Positions 45,619 through 56,470 of a stretch of DNA of 64,000 nucleotides are shown piece after piece. A program made the position numbers and the translations under genes. The DNA lies in assembly GCA_964444505.1 (NCBI GenBank), contig CAYUHF010000003.1, positions 28,189 through 92,188 on the forward strand. The letters run 5' to 3'. The stretch's first letter is position 1; the number at the start of each line of letters is the position of its first letter. The notes under the pieces are model-generated. The model did not search any database, was not told the origin of the DNA, and was given only the letters and a program-made list of their open reading frames with translations. This DNA comes from an uncultured Methanosarcinales archaeon (GTDB lineage Archaea > Nanobdellota > Nanobdellia > Woesearchaeales > JAGVZT01).

Positions 45619-46566
45619 ATGAAAATTCTAGTCACGGGCGGGGCAGGTTATATTGGAAGTGCAGCTGCAAAGGCATTAGTTGATGAAGGTCATAAGATTG
45701 TTGTTGTTGATAATCTTTCAAATGGAGTTAGAGATCTGGTTCCAGAACAAGCTGTTTTCTATGAAATGGATCTTACCCAAAAAGAAAAGCTCAAGAAGGT
45801 CTTTGAGGATCATAAATTTGATGCCATACTGCATTTTGCTGCTTACAAGGCAGTCGGAGAATCAATGAGAAACCCAGTAAAATACAATGACAATATTGTT
45901 GGGACTTGTAATCTTGCAGAATTTGCAGAGGAATTTAAAGTAAAAAAAGTTGTATACTCTTCAAGTGCTGCTGTTTATGGCATCCCTGAGAAAATGCCTG
46001 TAACAGAGGATACTCCAACAGACCCAATAAACTACTATGGGTACACCAAGCTGACTGGAGAAAAGATTCTGATGTGGTTTGCGCAGATACATGATTTTTC
46101 GTGTGTTTCTTTAAGATACTTCAATGTTGCTGGAGATGCTGGTCTTAATTATATTGACCCAAATGCAAAAAATATTCTTCCAATACTAATGGAAGTTATT
46201 TTTGGACAAAGAGAAAAATTAGTGATTTTTGGTGATGACTATCCTACAAGAGATGGGACTTGCATCAGAGACTACATTGACTTAAAAGATCTGGTAAGAG
46301 CACATGTTCTTGCCCTTGATTCAGATGAAAACCACATTGTGAACCTTGGTACTTCAAAAGGTGTGAGTGTAAAAGAACTTGTTGAGCTCACAGAAGAGGT
46401 AACAGGAGAGAAAATCCCAAGAGAGATGGGTCCCAGAAGGCCTGGGGATCCTGCTGTTCTCGTTGCATCAAAACAAAAGGCAAAAAAAGTTCTTGGATGG
46501 GAGCCTGAAGTTGACATAAGAGATACAATCAGGGGGATTTTTAAGGCATACAAAGAATCAACATAA
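45619..46566 (+). CDS. galE: UDP-glucose 4-epimerase (GalE family)
   Basis: The motifs are MKILVTGGAGYIGS and YGYTK. The start was trimmed to the ATG at 45619. Confidence 0.8.
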   Translation: MKILVTGGAGYIGSAAAKALVDEGHKIVVVDNLSNGVRDLVPEQAVFYEMDLTQKEKLKKVFEDHKFDAILHFAAYKAVGESMRNPVKYNDNIVGTCNLAEFAEEFKVKKVVYSSSAAVYGIPEKMPVTEDTPTDPINYYGYTKLTGEKILMWFAQIHDFSCVSLRYFNVAGDAGLNYIDPNAKNILPILMEVIFGQREKLVIFGDDYPTRDGTCIRDYIDLKDLVRAHVLALDSDENHIVNLGTSKGVSVKELVELTEEVTGEKIPREMGPRRPGDPAVLVASKQKAKKVLGWEPEVDIRDTIRGIFKAYKEST

Positions 46567-46598
46567 ACTATTTATACTATTGTTAATCTAACTCTGAT

Positions 46599-47492
46599 AT
46601 GGCTGTTTCAATTATTGTTCCTGCTTACAATGAAGAAGAGAACATTTCTCTTATTTACAAAAAGATAAGGGAAGTTACAAAAGATGAGATTATCTTTGTT
46701 GATGATGGTTCTACTGACAAAACACTGGAAGAGATAAAAAAACTCTCAGACAGAAAAGTAAGATACATCAGCTTCCAGAGAAACTATGGAAAGGCTGCTG
46801 CACTTGATGCTGGTTTCAAGGAAGCTTCAAATGATATAATTATTACAATGGATGCTGATCTCCAGGATGACCCAAAAGAAATTCCACGGTTTGTTGAAGC
46901 CTTAGAAAATTATGACCTGGTTTCTGGATGGAAAAAGAACAGAAAAGACCCTATAACAAAGACACTACCTTCAAAAATCTTTAACTTTTTGACTTCAAGA
47001 CTTGTAGGTCTAAAATTACATGACTACAACTGTGGTTTCAAGGGTTATAGAAAAAAAGTTGTTGAAAATATTGAACTTTATGGGAGTCTTCATAGGTATA
47101 TTCCTGCTCTAGCTTACTGGAAGGGATTTAGTGTTGCTGAAATCCCGGTAAAACACCACAAGAGAAAACATGGCAAGAGCAAGTATGGTATGGCAAGATT
47201 ACTCAAAGGTTTTTTTGATCTTATGAGTGTTAAATACTTATCAGTTTACAACAAGAGACCCCTTCATTTTTTTGGTCTTCTTGGATTTATGAGTTTTGGA
47301 CTTGGTTTTATTGCAGGTCTCTACATTGTTTACCTTAAGCTAATCGGGTTGAATGTTGGTGACAGGCCAATATTAATGTTAAGTGTTCTTCTGATCGTTA
47401 TTGGTGTTCAGTTTTTTTCACTTGGGCTGTTGGGAGAAATGTTTGCAAGGCAAAACAATAAAAGAGAATATATTGTAAGGGAGGAAAAATGA
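46599..47492 (+). CDS. GT2 polyprenol-phosphate glycosyltransferase with C-terminal TM helices (ArnC/GtrB/AglD-like)
   Basis: The motifs are IIVPAYNEEENI, DDGSTDKT and DADLQDDP, followed by 2 C-terminal TM helices. Confidence 0.8.
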   Translation: MAVSIIVPAYNEEENISLIYKKIREVTKDEIIFVDDGSTDKTLEEIKKLSDRKVRYISFQRNYGKAAALDAGFKEASNDIIITMDADLQDDPKEIPRFVEALENYDLVSGWKKNRKDPITKTLPSKIFNFLTSRLVGLKLHDYNCGFKGYRKKVVENIELYGSLHRYIPALAYWKGFSVAEIPVKHHKRKHGKSKYGMARLLKGFFDLMSVKYLSVYNKRPLHFFGLLGFMSFGLGFIAGLYIVYLKLIGLNVGDRPILMLSVLLIVIGVQFFSLGLLGEMFARQNNKREYIVREEK

Positions 47493-48913
47493 GAGTTCTG
47501 GTTATTAATCCGTTTACTGAAGAAACAAAAAACATAACAAGAGATTTGATCTACGGCAGTTGGTGCAAGGGAAAGAGAATTGGAGGCACATCTACTCCTC
47601 CGCTGAATCTATTATATGTTGCAACTGTCTTGAAAGATGGTGGCATTGATGTTGATTTCTATGATGCAATGGCTGAGCAGAAACACCCTGAAACAAAAAG
47701 ATATGACGCTGTTGTTATCTCAACTTCAACAATGAGTTTTAAGAGTGATGTACGTTTTCTGCAAAAACTCAAAAAAGAGAACCCATGTATAAAAACAGTC
47801 GTTTTTGGTTCTCATCCTACTTTTATGCCTAAATTCTGTCTCTCAGAGGAGGCGGTTGATTTCATTGCCTTAAGAGAACCTGAATATGTAATCAAAGACC
47901 TTATCTTAGCATTAAAGAAAGGAAAAGATGTCTCAAAAGTAAAAGGGATAGGCTACAAAGATGAAAAAATAAAGATAAACAAGCCTCATGAATTCATAAA
48001 AGATCTTGACGATATGCCTTTTCCTGACAGGACAATGCTTCCTGATGATATTGATTACTTTAATCCAATAATAAAGAGACTTCCCTACACAACAACTATG
48101 ACATCCCGAGGATGTCCGAGTGTCTGCACATACTGCAATGTTCCTGATTTCTATGGTAAATGCTTAAGGTTCAGGAGTGCAGAAAATGTTATCAAAGAAA
48201 TCGAATTGATTGTTAAACAGGGATACAGAGAAATTTGGTTTAGGGACGAAACTTTTACTGTTTTCAAGAAAAGAAATGAAAAAATATGTGATTACCTGAT
48301 TGATAACGATGTTGACATCACATGGATATGTAATGCCCGTATTGGGACAGTCACCAAGGAAAGTATGAGAAAGATGAAAAAAGCCGGCTGCCATATGATA
48401 AAGTTTGGTGTTGAATCAGGTGTGCAGAGAATACTTGATAATGTCAAGAAAAACATAAAGATTACAAACACAAGAAAAACTTTTAGGTGGGCCCATGAAG
48501 TTGGTATCGACACTCACGCGCATGTCATGCTTGGAATGCCGGGTGAAAACAAGAAAACAGTAAACCAGACAATTAATTTCATAAAAGAGATTGATCCTAC
48601 AACAGCTACTTTTGGAATCTGTACGCCGTATGCAGGAACTCCACTATTCGAAGAGGTCAAGAAGAAAGACCCTTCCATAAAAGACGGAAGCTCAATTGAT
48701 TTAAGCAAACTTCATACAACTGGTCTTTTCAACAAGTATTTCACTGACCTTTCTCCTGAAGAGCTTGAAAGATATGAGAGGATGGCTTACAGGAAATTCT
48801 ATCTCAGGCCGTCATATATTTTGAAGTGGCTCGGTAGAATCAAAAGTGTTGATGAGTTTAAAAGAGTCACTCTTGCAGCAACTAATGTTTTTAGCTTTGG
48901 GATGGGAAATTGA
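47489..48913 (+). CDS. B12-binding radical SAM enzyme
   Basis: A Rossmann-like B12-binding N-terminal domain is present. CPSVCTYCNV is a CxxxCxxC motif. Confidence 0.75.
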   Translation: MRVLVINPFTEETKNITRDLIYGSWCKGKRIGGTSTPPLNLLYVATVLKDGGIDVDFYDAMAEQKHPETKRYDAVVISTSTMSFKSDVRFLQKLKKENPCIKTVVFGSHPTFMPKFCLSEEAVDFIALREPEYVIKDLILALKKGKDVSKVKGIGYKDEKIKINKPHEFIKDLDDMPFPDRTMLPDDIDYFNPIIKRLPYTTTMTSRGCPSVCTYCNVPDFYGKCLRFRSAENVIKEIELIVKQGYREIWFRDETFTVFKKRNEKICDYLIDNDVDITWICNARIGTVTKESMRKMKKAGCHMIKFGVESGVQRILDNVKKNIKITNTRKTFRWAHEVGIDTHAHVMLGMPGENKKTVNQTINFIKEIDPTTATFGICTPYAGTPLFEEVKKKDPSIKDGSSIDLSKLHTTGLFNKYFTDLSPEELERYERMAYRKFYLRPSYILKWLGRIKSVDEFKRVTLAATNVFSFGMGN

Positions 48914-50546
48914 AATAATAAACAGGGTATTTTCCCGTAGTCATCTCATAGTTCTTTTGCAGTGTCTGTTTTCCCTGGATTCTCTGACTTATATTATCAA
49001 AAGAGAAGCTTCCTCCTTTCTCAAGTACAATATGCAGAATATTTGTATTTTGTCCCTGCTGCTGGAAAGCAACCTGTCTTAATGCATAGTTCTCTTCAAA
49101 GTACTGCCATACATCAGGATGCTCCTGTATTGTGCTAAATCCCCACTGGTAAATATGCACCCATCTTACATTTTTGTTTTCAAGAAATTTTACTTTAGAG
49201 AGATTATCATGACCTCCATATCCTTTTCTTGAAGCATGCCATAAAATACCATACGACTGGTGACCTGAAAAAATTATTCTTTCGTCAGATGATGAGTGCT
49301 CCCTTATGTATTCTCCGGCAATATCCAGTCCAGGAAACTGTGTGTTAAATTGTCTTTTCCAAGCTTTTGCACTTGGACTGTAGAGCAAGACCACAAAAAG
49401 TACTCCTATGACAAGATGACTGTATTTGAAATCCACAAGTCCCTGAATTATCTTGCCTGCATTCTTTGAAACCACATAGATAAAATAAGACATGAACAGA
49501 ATAATTAATGGTGCAATCGGATACTGGTGATAATTATGACCTCTTAGTTTGTGGCTCACAACAAAAGTGAAAACCACTATTCCTGCAATAGAACCAACAA
49601 GAAACTTGTTCTTAATGCTCTTTTTGTGTGTGAAGAAATAAACAGAAGCAATCATTCCCGGAACTGCAAGCCAGAATCCAAACATTGTGTAATTATCTCT
49701 TATATATGCTTTAACAGGTGTCCAAAAACTTTTCCTGAAAACAAGACCAAAATCAAATTTCAAACCTTCCTGAAATGAAGAGAAAGTAGTGTTTTCAAGG
49801 TTGCTCCTGTAATTTTCTGTGTATAAAACATAGATTGGAGCAAGCAGCAGTATGAGTACACATGCTCCGAAATACTTCCAGTACTTTTTCTGTGTTACCT
49901 TCTTGTAGGGAAATGTCAATAGTATTGGGAATGCTGCTGAAAAAAATGAGTATTTTGTAAGAAATGATATTACAAAGGAAACTGTGCTGAAAATAAGCAA
50001 ATATGATTTGTTTGTCTTGAGCCACTTTACGTAAAGATAAAGACAAAGCATCATGAAGAACACTCCTGGATTGATAAGCTGTGTGTTATGGCTAAAAAAC
50101 ACAAATAGAGGATTGATTGAAGTAAGTGCTGCAGCCAGAAGTGAAATGTATTCGTTTTCAAAGAGTTCTTTTACCACAAGATACATGAGTGGTACAACCA
50201 TTATATTGAAAAATATGTTTGCCAGACGTGCTAAAAAGAGTTTCTCTCCAAACAGTTTAAAAAGGATTGCCACAACAACAGATATTGTGGGAAAAGTATC
50301 TGTGTGAACTCCATCAAGGTTATCAGTCCTCTCATAATGAAATTCATAATCATATTCAGGCATGAAGAAACCATGCTTGAAAAAACCATCTTCTGCAAAG
50401 TTTCTTGCTTCTGTCAGATAATGGGTTTCTTTCCAGTTGTGATACCCTATGACAGGATAGTCTAAGTGATACCAGCGTAAATTAAGTCCAAATAAAGTAA
50501 TAATTAACATCATTCCCAAAAAAACCCATTTTGTCTTAAACTTCAT
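48891..50546 (-). CDS. GT-C fold polytopic membrane glycosyltransferase (ArnT/PMT-like)
   Basis: A 551-aa protein with ~12 TM helices, sitting in a glycan cluster. Confidence 0.55.
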   Translation of the reverse strand: MKFKTKWVFLGMMLIITLFGLNLRWYHLDYPVIGYHNWKETHYLTEARNFAEDGFFKHGFFMPEYDYEFHYERTDNLDGVHTDTFPTISVVVAILFKLFGEKLFLARLANIFFNIMVVPLMYLVVKELFENEYISLLAAALTSINPLFVFFSHNTQLINPGVFFMMLCLYLYVKWLKTNKSYLLIFSTVSFVISFLTKYSFFSAAFPILLTFPYKKVTQKKYWKYFGACVLILLLAPIYVLYTENYRSNLENTTFSSFQEGLKFDFGLVFRKSFWTPVKAYIRDNYTMFGFWLAVPGMIASVYFFTHKKSIKNKFLVGSIAGIVVFTFVVSHKLRGHNYHQYPIAPLIILFMSYFIYVVSKNAGKIIQGLVDFKYSHLVIGVLFVVLLYSPSAKAWKRQFNTQFPGLDIAGEYIREHSSSDERIIFSGHQSYGILWHASRKGYGGHDNLSKVKFLENKNVRWVHIYQWGFSTIQEHPDVWQYFEENYALRQVAFQQQGQNTNILHIVLEKGGSFSFDNISQRIQGKQTLQKNYEMTTGKYPVYYFNFPSQS

Positions 50547-52876
50547 TTTTCCACCCTGTCTTTTAAAGGAGTAAATATCATCAAAATCATTATTAAAGGA
50601 AGCACAGCCAAGACCTTTTGAAATCCATATCTCTCGTGCTTTAATGTTATTGTGTTTCCAGATTCTGATTTAATCAAAAGGATTCCGAGATTTGATTCTT
50701 GTATCTCAAGCTCTTTTCCATCCTGATAAGCGTGCCATGTCGGAAAATAGTGGTCTTTTACAAGCACCCATTCTCCTTTAAATAACCCATATATCTCCAT
50801 ATGGCCCGGCTCAACAATGGTGTACTCAAGTGGTTGTGGTTTTGGCACTTCACTTACCTGTTCAATACTTTCAAGGATATAATCAGATGAGTTTAAAACA
50901 TGAACCTTCCAGCCGCCAGGGGCAGAATAAATCTCTTTTCGTGTAAGTTGTGTAGAGACAGGAACAACTTTTTCAATATAATTGGAATCAGGAATAACAA
51001 ATACTGCTGCCTGCTCATTGTCAATTACAAGAGAGTCGTTTGACAAATACTGTTTAAAACTCTGGTATGTTTGTGGTCCTTTTCTTCTGGGGTCTTTTAT
51101 TACCATCACATATCTTGTAAAGGTTGTTCTCATCCTGTTTACTATATAGGTCATGTTGTAGTCAGTGTTGAGAGCTGACTCTGATCCGTCTTTTAGCTCA
51201 TACTGTGGTATTGTTCTGGCCCCTATTGCTGTAGTGTGAGATATCATCCATAGCTTTTCTGACAGCACAGGAATAATTGGTTCAGTTGCATAACAAAATA
51301 TTCCATAATTGATCAGTCTGCCCGGACCAAGCTGGTCAAGTGCAAGGTAGTATTCCTGAAACATGCCATTCTGTGCCTGTTCATTTACCCATGCATCTGT
51401 CTGCTTTAGTGTTGTAGGTGTGTATATTACAAATAGAAATACAAACAACAATGGAACAGCGTATTTGAGTTTGCCCTTGACTAAATCAAATATCCTTGCA
51501 ATAAACATAGAGAAAATCATAAGTGTGATGAATATGAGTCTGTGTGATGTCACTTTGTTCATGGGGTAGTTTAAAACAGGGACAAGATACAACAATAGCA
51601 TTCCCCAGAAACCAAGAAGGAGATAATTTTCTTTTGACCAGAATTTTCTAAGACTAAGAACCATTCCCAAAACTGCTGCTATTCCAAACCAAAGCCCCAT
51701 GTTGTGGGTGTAAGTCATAGGTTTAGGCTGTGAGAACATTGGCTTTATTATCTGCTGGAAAAAGTTGCTTCTGTAGTCAAAGCTCCATCTTCCGGAAGTA
51801 GTATATTCCAGAGATAATGCCATCGGGATCAGCCTGAAAGACACAAAAAAGAGTACAACAAAAACCAGCACCCCGTAAGAAATTAACTCTTTTTTGAATA
51901 GTTTTTTCTCTTTTATCTTATAGAGTAAAAAGAATATAACCATCATCACACCATGTGCTATCAGTGGTACAAAATTGGTCATGTAATACGCTGAAACAAC
52001 CACTCCTAAGAGTATGGCGTATTTTAGTTTTCTTTCCTTTAAGAGAAGCAGGAAAACTATCAAGAGAGGCATCAATAGCGCAAAAGATGACTGTTCTTTC
52101 ATATCACCAGAATAGCCGCACTTTGATGCCAGAACAGGATTTATCATAAAAAGCGTAATTGTGACCAATGCTGCAATCTTGCTCCATCCCAGTCTTCTAA
52201 CCAGTGCGTACAAACCAATTAATAGTATAAAAAAACAGAAGAAATTGTAATAGTTCATGTGAAGAGTTGCATTTCCAGGAAGAAGCATCCAGTTGAGAAC
52301 AACACGTTCATAATAAACAGGAGAGTCAAACATTTTCAGGGGAAATCCCTGGGAGTATTCTGATGTCCAGTAAGGATACCTGTTGTAATTTTCTATTGTT
52401 TCTTTGTATGTTCTGATATATGACTGGTGCACGACCTGGTCTGTTAACGGAAGTTTGTTTCCCTGAAGCAGTGTTCCCCATGTAAACCAGGAAATAAAAA
52501 GAGCAAAGCCAACAACAAATAATGCATAACAAACTTCTGAGCTCTTAAGAGACAAAATTTCTTTTTTGAATTTGCTGAAGTTAAAGAAACTAAGTATTAA
52601 TGGAAGAACTATTGAACTTGCAACAATGATTGTCTTGTTTATTGGTATGCCAATCACAGAAAAGGAGTTTGGTATTAATAGAAAGATGGTTGAAATCGGA
52701 AGGCTTAGTGCAGCCCTCTCAAAAAAAGTGAACTTGTTGAAAAATGCTAATAAAAAACCAGGAACAAACATTAACAAGATAGGAAAAAAGATAGGATTCT
52801 TGAACAGAAAATACAAGATAAAAGCCCCTCCAACTGCACCTAGTGCTTTGTGCAGACCCCCCACACTAATCTTCAT
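50543..52876 (-). CDS. Large polytopic membrane protein (777 aa) with a C-terminal extracytoplasmic domain, possibly GT-C or OST-like
   Basis: The N-terminal ~480 aa are multi-TM. The C-terminal ~280 aa are soluble. No WWDYG motif was found. Confidence 0.5.
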   Translation of the reverse strand: MKISVGGLHKALGAVGGAFILYFLFKNPIFFPILLMFVPGFLLAFFNKFTFFERAALSLPISTIFLLIPNSFSVIGIPINKTIIVASSIVLPLILSFFNFSKFKKEILSLKSSEVCYALFVVGFALFISWFTWGTLLQGNKLPLTDQVVHQSYIRTYKETIENYNRYPYWTSEYSQGFPLKMFDSPVYYERVVLNWMLLPGNATLHMNYYNFFCFFILLIGLYALVRRLGWSKIAALVTITLFMINPVLASKCGYSGDMKEQSSFALLMPLLIVFLLLLKERKLKYAILLGVVVSAYYMTNFVPLIAHGVMMVIFFLLYKIKEKKLFKKELISYGVLVFVVLFFVSFRLIPMALSLEYTTSGRWSFDYRSNFFQQIIKPMFSQPKPMTYTHNMGLWFGIAAVLGMVLSLRKFWSKENYLLLGFWGMLLLYLVPVLNYPMNKVTSHRLIFITLMIFSMFIARIFDLVKGKLKYAVPLLFVFLFVIYTPTTLKQTDAWVNEQAQNGMFQEYYLALDQLGPGRLINYGIFCYATEPIIPVLSEKLWMISHTTAIGARTIPQYELKDGSESALNTDYNMTYIVNRMRTTFTRYVMVIKDPRRKGPQTYQSFKQYLSNDSLVIDNEQAAVFVIPDSNYIEKVVPVSTQLTRKEIYSAPGGWKVHVLNSSDYILESIEQVSEVPKPQPLEYTIVEPGHMEIYGLFKGEWVLVKDHYFPTWHAYQDGKELEIQESNLGILLIKSESGNTITLKHERYGFQKVLAVLPLIMILMIFTPLKDRVEK

Positions 52877-52959
52877 GAATCTGTAAAAACAGGCTCGGTT
52901 ATATAAACCTTATGTGTATTTCCGATTGATTTATTAATACCAGTAAAACAAACTTAAAT

Positions 52960-53685
52960 ATGGAGCCGTTCTACAAGGATAAGTACCATGAAATTGAAAA
53001 AGATTTCTGGATCTTTAATTCAAGACGTGACTTTATCAAGAGGCTTCTAAAAAAGTATCCAAAAACTTCCAATATTCTTGACATCGGCTGTTCAGGTGGG
53101 GTGCTCATAGAGGAACTAAATAAGATGGGTTTTAGAAAAACATACGGTATAGATATTAGTGAGAAAAGTGTAAAGGTTGCAAAGAACAAAGGCATTAAGA
53201 ATGTAAGTTTAATGGATGCTGCAGAAACCAGTTTCTCAGAAAATGAATTTGATATTATTGTCTCCTCTGATGTTCTTGAACACATAGAAGATGATATTTC
53301 TGCATTAAAGGAGTGGAGAAGAATACTTAAGCCGAATGGTAGGCTATTCTGTTTTGTCCCGGCTTTTCAGTGGCTGTGGAGCCACCATGATGAAATAAAC
53401 GGGCATTACAGAAGATACAAAAGAGGAGAACTAGAACAAAAAATAAAAAGATCCGGATTTAAAATCAAAAGAAACTCTTACTGGAATATCATGATTCTTT
53501 TCCCAGCATATATTTATATCAAAGGTCAGAAAGTCCTGGGAATCCAATCTAAAAAAGATAACTTGATCGGGAGGTCACTCATAATAAACAATATCGCAAA
53601 AACCTATTTGAGGATTGAAAACTTTGTTCTTAAAAGAGTTGATTCTCCAATTGGAGTAACGTCATTTGTGATTGCTACTGCTTGA
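52960..53685 (+). CDS. Class I SAM-dependent methyltransferase
   Basis: The motifs are ILDIGCSGGVLIEEL and DIIVSSDVLEHI. Confidence 0.7.
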   Translation: MEPFYKDKYHEIEKDFWIFNSRRDFIKRLLKKYPKTSNILDIGCSGGVLIEELNKMGFRKTYGIDISEKSVKVAKNKGIKNVSLMDAAETSFSENEFDIIVSSDVLEHIEDDISALKEWRRILKPNGRLFCFVPAFQWLWSHHDEINGHYRRYKRGELEQKIKRSGFKIKRNSYWNIMILFPAYIYIKGQKVLGIQSKKDNLIGRSLIINNIAKTYLRIENFVLKRVDSPIGVTSFVIATA

Positions 53686-54396
53686 TTTTGAGATTTTGAA
53701 CGGGAATCTGAAAAACACATAAGGAAGCATTCTCATCTCACGCAGCACACTAAATGTACTGGTTTCTCCTTCTTCCCATGAAACAGGTATCTCACCGATC
53801 CTGTATCCGAGTTTTTGGGCTATGACCATGACCTCAACATCCCAAAACCATCCCCTTGTAAATGAGCTGTCATATCCTGCAATTCTTCCGATTCTTTTGA
53901 AAGCTTCTGTTTTAAAACCCTTGAAACCGCACTGGTGATCTTTAAGTCTTGAACCAAAAAATAGTCTGATAAAAGAGTTATAACATTTACTGATAATAAG
54001 TCTCTGTGCTGTTCGTTTTGTATCTGAATCTTTGTGGTACCGACTGCCGATTACAATTGGATATGTTTTCAGCTTGGAAACTAGTTTTCCAAAAGCTTGC
54101 ATATCTGTTGCTAAATCAACATCCATCAGGATAACAAATTCCTCTTCTGCATCCATCATGGCACGAGAAAGGTTTTCTCTTCTTGAAGGTCCGTTCTTGT
54201 ATGTTTTGTACCCAAAGTTTTTGATATCTTTTTCGAGTTTTTTTAGAATTTTAGGTGTATTATCAGTTGAGTTGTCATTTACTGCCCAGATATTGGCACT
54301 AATATCAAGATCTTTTACCTCACTCTGAATTTTTCTTATATTTTTCTCGACCATGTCTTCTGCATTGTAGACAGGCACATATAAACCGTATTTCAT
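53662..54396 (-). CDS. GT2 family glycosyltransferase
   Basis: The start was trimmed to the ATG at 54396 (AGGGGAA SD). The motifs are VNDNSTDNT and MDVDLATD. Confidence 0.7.
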   Translation of the reverse strand: MKYGLYVPVYNAEDMVEKNIRKIQSEVKDLDISANIWAVNDNSTDNTPKILKKLEKDIKNFGYKTYKNGPSRRENLSRAMMDAEEEFVILMDVDLATDMQAFGKLVSKLKTYPIVIGSRYHKDSDTKRTAQRLIISKCYNSFIRLFFGSRLKDHQCGFKGFKTEAFKRIGRIAGYDSSFTRGWFWDVEVMVIAQKLGYRIGEIPVSWEEGETSTFSVLREMRMLPYVFFRFPFKISKSSSSNHK

Positions 54397-54482
54397 TTCC
54401 CCTAACAACCTGCAATTGCCACAGAATATATATTTGTTTTGTTTCAAAAATATTAAATATTACCACCTACCTACCCAACAAT

Positions 54483-56141
54483 ATGCCAAAAAATATACCA
54501 GAAACTCTGAAAAAATTTGGGCCACTAATTCTAATAATATTGCTAACAGCTGTAATCAATAACAGGTACTTTTTTAGCGGCACATCTAATCAGGGATATC
54601 CCAGAAGTTTTCTTGCCCAGGACACTTATTGGGATCTTTGGCGAATAAATCAAATTGAAGACACAGGATCAATAAATATACAAGCAAAGGTTTTAACTGC
54701 ATTTCATCCAGAAAAATTTGTTACTGCAGACGGACCAATACTACATTATGCTGTGTTCTGGTTCGGTGAATTGTTGGGGGTTGAGAACTATGTTTCTGTA
54801 CATGTCCTACTTGTCTTTGCCTATATTGCAATAATCTCCATTCTCTATGTACTAATACACAGAGTAAGTCAAACTTGGGCATGGCTTAGTCTACCCTTCA
54901 TGCTTGCATGCTTCCAATTTCCCTTCGTTTCAACCATAACATGGGGATTTTGGAGATCTTTTTTTGCAATGTTCATTTTCTTCACTCTGTTAATTTTTTA
55001 CCCCTTTAGATTTGGATGGAGACATGTTATACTTTTCAGCTTTCTTCTGGGAACATTCCTGATAGCTCACCCCTTCATTGCTCCTTATATCATAATGCTT
55101 CTGGCCTTTAGTATATTTTCAAAACATAAATTAAAGGAAGGAATAATCAAATTTGTGTCAATTGGTATCGGGTCTGCCGTATTGTTTTTTGACTATCTTA
55201 TGAACTTTATTGCCTATAGACATGGACGTCCAAAAGGGGACATTTTAAGCAATCTTGGATTTTTTAAATATACATTGTACGGTGCTGATGCAAAGTTTAG
55301 TACATTAGGTATTTGGTGGTGGGTGGCTCTTCTAGGTTTTATGGCTTCGACAATAATCCTAATGCAGAAGAAAAAGATGGACATATACAAGAAACAACTG
55401 ATTGTGATCATGAGCATTGTATTTTTAATCTACCCTCTGCAGGAGATTATTCCAAGACTAATGCAGTTCAGACTTTCGTGGCCACTAATCCTTGGAGTTT
55501 TTATAGGATTTTTATTATTCCAGGTTTTCTCGTTAATCAGAGTACCAAAAGATCTGAGTGGTCTAGCCGGGTTTTTCTGTTTATTAATCATACTAAGTCT
55601 TAGCTTCTTTAGTTTCCCAAAAATGAACACTTCCATTATTTCAAGAGACTTGTACGGAGTTTTCAATTACGTGAAACAAAATACAAATAGTGATTCTACT
55701 GTTCTTCTAATTGACCCCACCCTTACCCAAGGAGTAGCCACATTAGGTACATATAGACACACCAGATATATTCCCGCTGGCGAATTCACAAAACTTCCAG
55801 AGTTAAATTACAACCTATCAAATATCACAACAAATAGAGCATGTCAATTTTCTAAGTCGCTTAGAAAACCAACAAATCTTAAAAAGAGTGGTCTTGGTTA
55901 TGGGTTTATTCCCCAGAACTTAAGTGATAACCTTTGCAAAAAAAAGCAAGTTAGATTATGTGAAAATGATTACCTAATTTTGAATTTCCAGTATTACGAT
56001 CAAAGACAGGTGGATATTATGAAGAATATTGTTGAGAATCTTGAGAATTCAAGCTTTACCGAAGTATTGTCAAGAGGAAATGCTCTTCTTTTGAAAAACA
56101 ATGATCCCTGTGGCACCTGGATGCCGGAGTATATAACATGA
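54483..56141 (+). CDS. Polytopic membrane protein (552 aa), GT-C or polymerase-like
   Basis: More than 12 hydrophobic helices. No catalytic motif could be assigned. Confidence 0.5.
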   Translation: MPKNIPETLKKFGPLILIILLTAVINNRYFFSGTSNQGYPRSFLAQDTYWDLWRINQIEDTGSINIQAKVLTAFHPEKFVTADGPILHYAVFWFGELLGVENYVSVHVLLVFAYIAIISILYVLIHRVSQTWAWLSLPFMLACFQFPFVSTITWGFWRSFFAMFIFFTLLIFYPFRFGWRHVILFSFLLGTFLIAHPFIAPYIIMLLAFSIFSKHKLKEGIIKFVSIGIGSAVLFFDYLMNFIAYRHGRPKGDILSNLGFFKYTLYGADAKFSTLGIWWWVALLGFMASTIILMQKKKMDIYKKQLIVIMSIVFLIYPLQEIIPRLMQFRLSWPLILGVFIGFLLFQVFSLIRVPKDLSGLAGFFCLLIILSLSFFSFPKMNTSIISRDLYGVFNYVKQNTNSDSTVLLIDPTLTQGVATLGTYRHTRYIPAGEFTKLPELNYNLSNITTNRACQFSKSLRKPTNLKKSGLGYGFIPQNLSDNLCKKKQVRLCENDYLILNFQYYDQRQVDIMKNIVENLENSSFTEVLSRGNALLLKNNDPCGTWMPEYIT

Positions 56142-56470
56142 AAGAGTGGAGAGATGAGGCAATCGGAACACTTGCTGTACTGTTTGTCATATTTGAAATC
56201 TTTTTTTACAAAGATGGCTTAAAGCCACTTATCATGACACTTAGCACATTTGCATTTGTTGTTCTCCCTGGAACACTTGTTGCTCTTTATGTTTTCAAGA
56301 ACAGATTTAAAAAAGTTGAGACAATAATAATTGGTTTTGCTTTGGGAATTATTATTATTCCTTCATTAATCTACTTTGTCAATATTTTTGAAGTAATGCA
56401 TGCAAGGTATCTTGGTTTTGTAATACCAATAATCTTAAATATTGTATTTGGATGGCTGAATTTCAAATGA
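56138..56470 (+). CDS. Small 4-TM membrane protein (GtrA-like)
   Basis: A 110-aa protein with 4 hydrophobic segments, overlapping the downstream GT2. Confidence 0.5.
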   Translation: MKEWRDEAIGTLAVLFVIFEIFFYKDGLKPLIMTLSTFAFVVLPGTLVALYVFKNRFKKVETIIIGFALGIIIIPSLIYFVNIFEVMHARYLGFVIPIILNIVFGWLNFK

